Assembly: GCA_963663765.2 (NCBI GenBank)
Contig: CAXXUA010000005.1
Location: forward strand, 832,001-896,000
Length of the DNA: 64,000 nucleotides
Source of the DNA: Candidatus Poribacteria bacterium
GTDB lineage: Bacteria; Poribacteria; WGA-4E; WGA-3G
Direction: 5' to 3'
This document shows, one piece after another, positions 57,262 through 64,000 of the stretch. The notes beneath the pieces are model-generated. The model was given only the letters and a program-made list of their open reading frames with translations, was not told the DNA's origin and searched no databases. The position numbers and the translations under genes were made by a program. Each line of letters opens with the position of its first letter. Position 1 is the first letter of the stretch.

Positions 57262-57443
57262 CAGAACTTACGCAGTTTTCATGATTTAATCAAGAAATGT
57301 GCTGAAAATGATGTAATTTTCAGCATTATTTATGTTTCCAGTGCGCTTACAAAGCACCAAATCAACGGTATGAATCATGGAGCATGCCATACGCGCATGC
57401 TTCTTTAGGCATTCCCCGTCTACCGCTGGGTGCATAAGTCCTG
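57262..57443 (-). mobile_element. MITE family B (inverted) with a doubly nested mini-element
   Basis: CAGAACTTACGCA...TGCATAAGTCCTG; insert at 57358-57417. Confidence 0.8.
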
Positions 57444-57475
57444 AAAAACTTTTCTTCGTTGTACGGGAACATACA

Positions 57476-58540
57476 TCAATGTGCAATTCTAAACCCTATG
57501 ACAAATTCTGCGTAGTTTGCACTAAAAAAATCAAAACTGGTACAGGTACTATAGTCATGGTTGTAATACCATGCACCCCCGCAAGCCACACGGAAGTTTT
57601 CCTCATTGTCATAAGGGGTATTTGTCCATTCCCAAACATTACCTATCATATCAAAGCATCCGAATGGACTGGTACCGTCCTTAAATGCTACGACAGGCGT
57701 AGTGTCTTCCGCTCCCAACTCGGCAGTATTGCACCGTGGTTTATCTATTTCGTTCCCCCATGGAAAAAGTCTATTATCTGTGCCGCGCGCTGCGTACTGC
57801 CATTCCGCAAACGATGGCAATCTACCTCCGTAATATTCCGCATAAGCTTCTGCATCTTCGCAACTTACCCACACAACAGGATGGTCACCTTTTAGTCCGT
57901 ATATTTCATAATTTTGTTTTGGTTTCTCCATCCAATCTTTTGGCATCTTATGTCCAGTTTCCTGAATGAATCGTTGATATTGAGCATTGGTTACGGGGTA
58001 GACACCTATTTCAAATGCGTCAATTTCCAGCGGGTGACATTCTTCACCGATGCGTGCCGTTCCTGTAGGAATAGATATAGTAACATCTAAGATTTTGAGT
58101 GCTGCCTTGCGCACTTCCTGTTCAGTATCAGCGAGTGCATATCCTAATTGTGAAATAGTCTCTCCGACAGGTGGTGTTGTAAGTTGTAGTGCTTTCTCCC
58201 ATCCTAAATCGGTGTTTAACAACAATTTGACAGCATCGTAGAGTGAGTCGTTGTAATGCCAAGTCCAGTAATCTTGAAGCAGTTGTTGAAATGCCTCTGG
58301 GTTATCACTTTCAATAAGTGCAATTCGGGATGCTTTCGGCTTTTTGACATCTAATAATATATTCTTCAATTCCAACACCGTCTGACTTTTTCTTGGTTTG
58401 AGATTAACTTTATATTCCACATCGTGAGTTTCATCCCAATAATCAGCAAGACTATGTGTATCCCAAAATTCACCAATTTCCTCTGGTGTGGCATCAGGTG
58501 AAGGCATTGGGTCTCGTTTTTTATCTTTTTCTCCCATCAT
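57476..58540 (-). CDS. CopG/BrnA-like antitoxin N-terminus fused to an FGE-sulfatase (C-type lectin fold) domain
   Basis: TPEEIGEFWDTHSLADYWDE; then YPVTNAQY, HPVVWVS, RLPSFAEW, FPWG, DMIGNVWEW and GFR. Confidence 0.8.
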   Translation of the reverse strand: MMGEKDKKRDPMPSPDATPEEIGEFWDTHSLADYWDETHDVEYKVNLKPRKSQTVLELKNILLDVKKPKASRIALIESDNPEAFQQLLQDYWTWHYNDSLYDAVKLLLNTDLGWEKALQLTTPPVGETISQLGYALADTEQEVRKAALKILDVTISIPTGTARIGEECHPLEIDAFEIGVYPVTNAQYQRFIQETGHKMPKDWMEKPKQNYEIYGLKGDHPVVWVSCEDAEAYAEYYGGRLPSFAEWQYAARGTDNRLFPWGNEIDKPRCNTAELGAEDTTPVVAFKDGTSPFGCFDMIGNVWEWTNTPYDNEENFRVACGGAWYYNHDYSTCTSFDFFSANYAEFVIGFRIAH

Positions 58541-58543
58541 ATC

Positions 58544-58685
58544 TCAGTCAGTTCGCTTGCCTTTGGAAACAAAACGGAAGTAAGGACGATTAGCTAAGAC
58601 TGCTTCAACTTCCGTTGTTTTTACACCGTGTTTGATTGTTAATTTCTCAACAAATTGCGGTAGTCATCACCTCATCAATCTGCAA
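58544..58685 (-). pseudogene. Truncated BrnT-like toxin
   Basis: LPQFVEKLTIKHGVKTTEVEAVLANRPYFRFVSKGKRTD*, with a frameshift near the start and the C-terminal half missing. Confidence 0.6.
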
Positions 58686-58899
58686 GTTTTTTCCTATTTT
58701 ATCTAAAATTAGATTAACGTTGGACAAGATATTAAAAATTAATTTGAATGTCTTGTTTTTACAGTATTATACCACATTTTCTGGGAAGATGCTATATCTT
58801 GTAAAATCGTTATTCTGTCATACTATGGTAAAATTTTAAAATAAGGTTACATTTCTAAAATTTACCATATTAACTGTTATGTAAGTATTCTATTCTTAT

Positions 58900-59090
58900 A
58901 GGTAGGCATTCCCAGGGTCGCTCCTACCAATGCGGGGAACGGTCACGACCAGGAGGTCGCTCCTAGCTGTGCAAGTTTGTAAGCGCACTAGCACATCAAG
59001 TCCCAACAGAGCGCTTACAAGCACGCCTACCGAGTGAGAAATATTTATTACCGAATTAATAAATTAATCTTCATACGGGACTAAAGAACG
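58900..59090. repeat. Degenerate cluster of mixed REP types
   Basis: GGTCGCTCCTAC, GCGACC/GGTCGC-like, GCGCTTACAAGCACGCCTAC and ACGGGACTAAAG fragments. Confidence 0.55.
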
Positions 59091-59314
59091 TACCAACTAA
59101 TGAAGGATACTCACATAAATCTTTGTTTATGTGAAGCAATTGGTTACTAAAAGTTATTTAGCTCAACTCGTAAAATAAATCTTCATATAGTTTGTGTTAT
59201 TGTAAACCGCCTTTCATAATAACGATTAATACGACATTAATGTTTATAAATGGTATAGAACTTGTGGCCATTGTGATTGATGGTAAACTGTGCAATTATA
59301 CAGACTCAAAATAG

Positions 59315-61861
59315 TTATGAACCAAATGCGTTGGCGACTGCTACGAGATCGAGGATATTTACATTGCCGTCGTTGTTTACATCTGCTGTGTCGTTCTCTG
59401 TTCCGAAGACGTTAGAGACGACGACGAGATCAAGGATGTTTATTTCACCGTCTTGATTTACATCTAAGTTTGTGGTCGCGGATACGTCTTCTACTTCAAA
59501 TCTGACGATTTCGGTGAAGTCTGCGGTAAGGCGGTTATATGCCCGATCAGCTACTATCATTTGCGCAAGTCCCCACGTTCCTGGGACGCTGCCAACTGGT
59601 AATAGGATTGTCTTGTCGTATGTCTGAAAGATTGTGGGGTCGCCTTGAAAATAGAGTTTATGCGGATATGGAGCCGAATGCCCGAATTTGTATACGACAC
59701 CTTGCGGGTCTCGCAACAATATATCTGCATTTTTATATCCACTAATATTGTCTTTTATCTTGAAAGTGATAAAAACGTGTGTCTCACCGTTGGGATCATC
59801 GGGTCGCGTGGGTTCTGCGGTTATGGTAATGTTGTTTAGGTCGAGTTCGGGTGGTGTGAAGTCGGGGTTTTTGGTTTGAATATCAATGGTTGCGGGTGGT
59901 TCGTCATTTAGTATTTTGACGTGTGGCACCCATGCTTCTGTGTAATATGGATGTGTGAAAAACACGTCGCGGATATTGCCTGCAACATCTACCATACAGA
60001 TCCGATTCAACTGATATGTCCCGGTAGGCATATAATCAGCAATTTTTATTTCAACGCTGGCGTTGCCGGTATCATTGTCAAATACGCCGTAATCAAAACG
60101 ACTGTAAGTTTCGGTGTGTTCGTCGTTCATGCCCGCACAAACGCTTTTTACGCCGGTGTCTTCAATATATTCCCATTGGGCAGTTACGACTTGATAGGGT
60201 CTCCCGTCTTCATCTGCTTGTGATAAAGATAGTGTCATAGAGTTTTTGACATATTCTGGTGGATTACAATCTGCAAGTGGATTATCAACATAGAGTACCC
60301 ATCCGAAATCTGCAAGTCCGTTATGGCGTTGGTTCTCGTTGGCATCTTTTAAAGTGATTGTGGCGGGTGTCCAGTATGCGTTTGCAGCGTATTTTGATAA
60401 CGTGACAGGATAGCTGCGTAAAATGTGTCCTGCGGTAATGCGATTTCCGTTTTCGTCTACCGGATAGAAGCCGATGTCAAAATAAGTGCTTTTCTCGCTG
60501 TAGACTCTGGCATTTGCGCTGTGTGCTGTGTCAAGATCGCTCTCACTATGGATTTCTATTTCTACTGTTATCTGCTTGTCTTGTTCAGGTTCACCTGTGA
60601 CGTTTATGTCTAGGCGGACGATTCGCCCTGGATACACATAATCTGGATATAGATTGTATACCTCAAAAGTGAGATCCTCGCGTATTTCTGAGATGTATCG
60701 TGTGCCGTGCATGATCCTGTTCTGTATAAACTCGTATTTTGCGGGTGAACGGGATCGGAGCTTGTCGGGACGGATAATGTAAAAACTGATACTCTCAGCC
60801 ATATCTTCATTTGGTGAATGTGCGTGCGCATAGGCTGATACAAATTCTGTCTGTTTAGTGGTGAGCCATTTATCAGGATCGTCTGGATTTTTATACCAGC
60901 CGCCTAATTCTATCCAGTCTTGTTTCAACTGTTCATCAAAGAGATGTGCCCACAAAAAGTGTGCTTTTTCGTGTAGAATTAGGCGATGTGTGTAGTCAAG
61001 ATTCCCGGCTTCAAATGCGCTATCCATAAATTCGATATATCCGGAGCCTGTCCACGCAACTGCGGCTGCTCCTGGATATACTGGGTTGTGTATACCGTCT
61101 AAACGTCTAACGAGATATTTAAGACCTTGTATTTTGTGCATGCCGGCTGGCATTTCCTCAAACATTGATATTATAGCGATTAATTCTCTGTTCTTGAATT
61201 CTGAGAAACGACCAGCATGTTCAGCTGTTGTGTATCTCGTGAGTTCGACGTAGTCTGGCACGTCTATGCTCACTGAAAACCTTTCCCGCAGTATACGTCT
61301 GATTGCGTTTCTGTCTGCACCGTGATCAGTTATAAATCGCACGACAGCATGATGTAGTCGTTTTGAGAAGTATCTACCGCGCACGCCTTCAATTTCTGCT
61401 AATAGGGGTGTTGCGTGGACGAATGCGTCTGCGGCAATGGTTACGAGTCGGACTTCGCCGTGAAATTGTATGTTGATGTCATCTTGAATATGTTGGTTAG
61501 TAAGTGTCCACATGGAAGCGGGCACTTTTGGCTCGGCGTCGGCTAAATTATTTGGGATTTGTGGTATTGTTTCGAATGTCTCAAGTAGCCTGTATGCGTG
61601 TGCTGGACTCCAATCATCTGTGAGATGGACGGAGTATTTTTTCATGAGCTGTATGGCTGCACTGTGGGGTGGGATTTCTACCTGTTCGTCTAATATTTCG
61701 ACGTGGATGAGTTTGACGATTGTAGAGATGTCTTGTCCCTCTGGAGTTTCGTCAAGTTCCCAGTGGTAGGTGTAGGCGAGGCATTTGGTGACAAGAGAGC
61801 TGAGGATTGTGAATGTTAAGACAAGAAATAGGTTTTTTATGTGTGTTGTTTTGTGGGTCAT
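59315..61861 (-). CDS. Secreted zinc metallopeptidase-like protein with C-terminal dockerin-like repeat
   Basis: Signal peptide, LILHEKAH, SAYA..SPNEDMAES, Ig-like repeats, and DVNQDGEINILDL / DVNNDGNVNILDL. Confidence 0.75.
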   Translation of the reverse strand: MTHKTTHIKNLFLVLTFTILSSLVTKCLAYTYHWELDETPEGQDISTIVKLIHVEILDEQVEIPPHSAAIQLMKKYSVHLTDDWSPAHAYRLLETFETIPQIPNNLADAEPKVPASMWTLTNQHIQDDINIQFHGEVRLVTIAADAFVHATPLLAEIEGVRGRYFSKRLHHAVVRFITDHGADRNAIRRILRERFSVSIDVPDYVELTRYTTAEHAGRFSEFKNRELIAIISMFEEMPAGMHKIQGLKYLVRRLDGIHNPVYPGAAAVAWTGSGYIEFMDSAFEAGNLDYTHRLILHEKAHFLWAHLFDEQLKQDWIELGGWYKNPDDPDKWLTTKQTEFVSAYAHAHSPNEDMAESISFYIIRPDKLRSRSPAKYEFIQNRIMHGTRYISEIREDLTFEVYNLYPDYVYPGRIVRLDINVTGEPEQDKQITVEIEIHSESDLDTAHSANARVYSEKSTYFDIGFYPVDENGNRITAGHILRSYPVTLSKYAANAYWTPATITLKDANENQRHNGLADFGWVLYVDNPLADCNPPEYVKNSMTLSLSQADEDGRPYQVVTAQWEYIEDTGVKSVCAGMNDEHTETYSRFDYGVFDNDTGNASVEIKIADYMPTGTYQLNRICMVDVAGNIRDVFFTHPYYTEAWVPHVKILNDEPPATIDIQTKNPDFTPPELDLNNITITAEPTRPDDPNGETHVFITFKIKDNISGYKNADILLRDPQGVVYKFGHSAPYPHKLYFQGDPTIFQTYDKTILLPVGSVPGTWGLAQMIVADRAYNRLTADFTEIVRFEVEDVSATTNLDVNQDGEINILDLVVVSNVFGTENDTADVNNDGNVNILDLVAVANAFGS

Positions 61862-62159
61862 AAATGGATCCTTTTTTAATAATCTTTGTCATAATCTCCC
61901 TTTTATAGCATGTAGTCGTTGTGATAGTTAATAGACATTATAACTAATCTGAAAATGTCAGCTGTGTTTTTATTAGACATTATGTGAACGACTTGTGCCA
62001 GTTAACATTTTGTTTTGTTGGTCTTCACATATATTTGCATTAGTGTATCAACATAGCGTCCCTACTGGACTAAAGAAGGTGTCAATATAAGTGAAATAAC
62101 GAAAATTCATTCTACTTGTGTGAATAACATTATTACAATATGTTATTCAGCAAAACTCG

Positions 62160-63236
62160 TTAAGGTACCAACTGGACTTTGATAGAATCGTCACCTTTTT
62201 GAACCATCTCAAAGGCAGTGAGATAGTCTTCCAAAGGTAATTGATGGGTGACCATAAGGCTTACATCAATTGCACCGCTTTGAATATAATCTATTGCAAG
62301 AGGATACGCGTAGGGACCTAAATGAGAACCGTGAATATTTAGTTCTTTTGTATCACCTATGATAGTCCAATCAACAGTTACCGGTTCCCGCATGACACTG
62401 AATTCTACGAAGGTACCCGCTTTGCGGATCATGTGGAGTCCCTGTTCTACTGCCTTCGGATGTCCCGTTGCTTCAATATAGACATCACAACCGTAACCAT
62501 CCGTTAGGTCCAGGACCTGTTGAACTGCGTCCGTTTCAGAAGGGTTGATGATAGTATCTGCGCCTAATTTCTTTGCGACATTTAACCGTTGCGGGATAAG
62601 GTCAATAGAGATGAGTGTAGCTGGATTTTTCAACTTCGCCGCGCCGACCATGCCGAGACCGAGTGTGCCAGCACCTGCTACGACAACTACATCTCCGAAC
62701 TCAATGTTACCTCGTTGAACAGCGTGGATGGAACAAGCAAGCGGTTCAATCATTGCTGCATTTGCTGTCGGTATGTCAGATGGCACCTTGTAGACAAGTG
62801 AACGTGCAGGAAACTTCATATAGTCTGCCATGCCACCGTTGACAATTGGTTGAAAACCGTAGATGTTATGGACTTGACAGAGCCAGTACTTGCCTGTTTT
62901 GCAATAACGACATTCCCAACACGGTACGATCTGTTCTGCTATTGCTGTGTCTCCGAGTTGCAGTCCGTACTTTTCACCTGCACCTTCCCCGAGTTGAACG
63001 ACTTCTCCAATAAATTCATGCCCAGGGATGACAGGGGTTTCCACATAAGGTTTTCGGAGTTCATCACCCCAGAATAGAGGTGCGCCGCTATAGCATTTGA
63101 TGTCACTTGCGCACACACCACATGCATTGACCTTGATAACGACTTCACCGTGACCTGCTTGAGGTACTGGCACCTCTTCAAGTTGATAGTCCATTGGAGC
63201 ATGGCACATTATCGCACGCATCGTTTCTGACATCAA
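62160..63236 (-). CDS. Zinc-dependent polyol dehydrogenase (erythritol/L-threitol dehydrogenase-like)
   Basis: CGVCASD, GHEF.G, CWECRYC.....LC, GAGTLG and HGSHLGPY. Confidence 0.88.
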   Translation of the reverse strand: MMSETMRAIMCHAPMDYQLEEVPVPQAGHGEVVIKVNACGVCASDIKCYSGAPLFWGDELRKPYVETPVIPGHEFIGEVVQLGEGAGEKYGLQLGDTAIAEQIVPCWECRYCKTGKYWLCQVHNIYGFQPIVNGGMADYMKFPARSLVYKVPSDIPTANAAMIEPLACSIHAVQRGNIEFGDVVVVAGAGTLGLGMVGAAKLKNPATLISIDLIPQRLNVAKKLGADTIINPSETDAVQQVLDLTDGYGCDVYIEATGHPKAVEQGLHMIRKAGTFVEFSVMREPVTVDWTIIGDTKELNIHGSHLGPYAYPLAIDYIQSGAIDVSLMVTHQLPLEDYLTAFEMVQKGDDSIKVQLVP

Positions 63237-63256
63237 ATTCTCCGGTGATGAGTAAA

Positions 63257-64000
63257 TTATGCTGCTTTTCGCTGAATAAGTCTTCTTCTTGCACTTTCAC
63301 GTGCCAGTCCAACATCCAGTGTTATATGCCTATCTTCAGTAATGCCGAGATTGATAGCGTGTGCTGTTTCAAGGTTGAAACCCCATTCAATCCATTCAGG
63401 CATGTCTTGCTCAGGAATATCTCCTGCCACGACAACCTTCATAATACTAATGCCTTTTCCGAGTTTATATGCGCGTTGTATATATTCAAGGTGTTTATCA
63501 AGTGGTCCGCCTTCCAACATCCTACCTTCCTTGTTCGCTGTAGTGAGGATAACATCAATCTCTGGGTGATCGATGACAGCATCCATCACGTCGCCAGTAT
63601 ATATGTGTGTGGAACAGCCGATGACACGGATTTTACCGGCGGTTTTTGCTTCTCGGAATGCGTCAAACGCGCCCTCACTTTCTCTGCTTGCTAAATCGTC
63701 TGGTGAAGAAATTGCGTGCAACAACATGACATCTATGTATTCTGTTTGCAGTTCACGTAATGCTTTTTCAATGCTTGCAGCTGCGCTTTCGTGATCTTTG
63801 TTGGCAGTTTTTGTTTGGATGACGATTTCATCTCGGTTAATCTGTTGGACTGCTTCACCGACATGCGGTTGCGTTCCATAACCTTCGGCGGTATCCCAAA
63901 ATGTAATTCCTTCGTCAAGTGCTTTTAACATGAGCTTAGCACCCGCTTCATAGGTCTTGCAGGTGTTCGTGAGACGTCCTGCTCCGAAGCAGAGTCGTGA
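63257..64000 (-). CDS. Aldo/keto reductase, 5' end beyond the window
   Basis: Frame open to 64000 (SRLCFGAG...); GITFWDTAEGYG, IQTK, LQTEYIDVMLLH and GKIRVIGCSTH. Confidence 0.9.
   Translation of the reverse strand, partial: SRLCFGAGRLTNTCKTYEAGAKLMLKALDEGITFWDTAEGYGTQPHVGEAVQQINRDEIVIQTKTANKDHESAAASIEKALRELQTEYIDVMLLHAISSPDDLASRESEGAFDAFREAKTAGKIRVIGCSTHIYTGDVMDAVIDHPEIDVILTTANKEGRMLEGGPLDKHLEYIQRAYKLGKGISIMKVVVAGDIPEQDMPEWIEWGFNLETAHAINLGITEDRHITLDVGLARESARRRLIQRKAA

Noticed and set aside
57476-57620. Diversity-generating retroelement target (FGE-type lectin C-terminus)
   Set aside because: No template repeat or reverse transcriptase was seen in this window; action in trans cannot be excluded.
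4791-63918. Numerous 60-170 aa ORFs antisense or out of frame within long genes
   Set aside because: Shadow ORFs with no motifs, overlapping well-supported CDSs.

Overview
Bacterial chromosomal window, about 40% GC by eye, with most genes on the minus strand. The gene content (PhyH dioxygenases, TPR-LamG and dockerin-tailed secreted proteins, CotH, a Planctomycetes-type MoxR/vWA operon) suggests a Candidatus Poribacteria-like organism; this is an inference, not a lookup. The left half (1-32 kb) is accessory and defence-rich. It holds the start of a PLD-helicase gene and a duplicated copy of that start fused to a methyltransferase C-terminus. A MoxR-DUF58-BatA-vWA-DUF4175-prenyltransferase operon carries inserted defence genes: a 1272-aa nuclease-STAND NTPase, and a cassette bounded by a 93-bp direct repeat encoding a MITE-broken REase-wHTH gene and a single-chain DarT-DarG fusion. 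A solo tnpB element follows. The right half has secreted proteins, decayed BrnTA loci, an ISKra4-type IS, housekeeping genes (glgC, hisB, glgP, purN) and an ECF sigma/anti-sigma/vWA cluster. Intergenic DNA is a layered mobilome. Three MITE families have distinct termini and 9-, 5- and 3-bp target duplications and carry GTAG-REP hairpins. A ~35-nt hairpin element ending in CGTTGATTTG inserts without target duplication into these hairpins and into itself. No rRNA, tRNA or CRISPR array was recognised. All calls rest on manual motif reading; no database searches were run.
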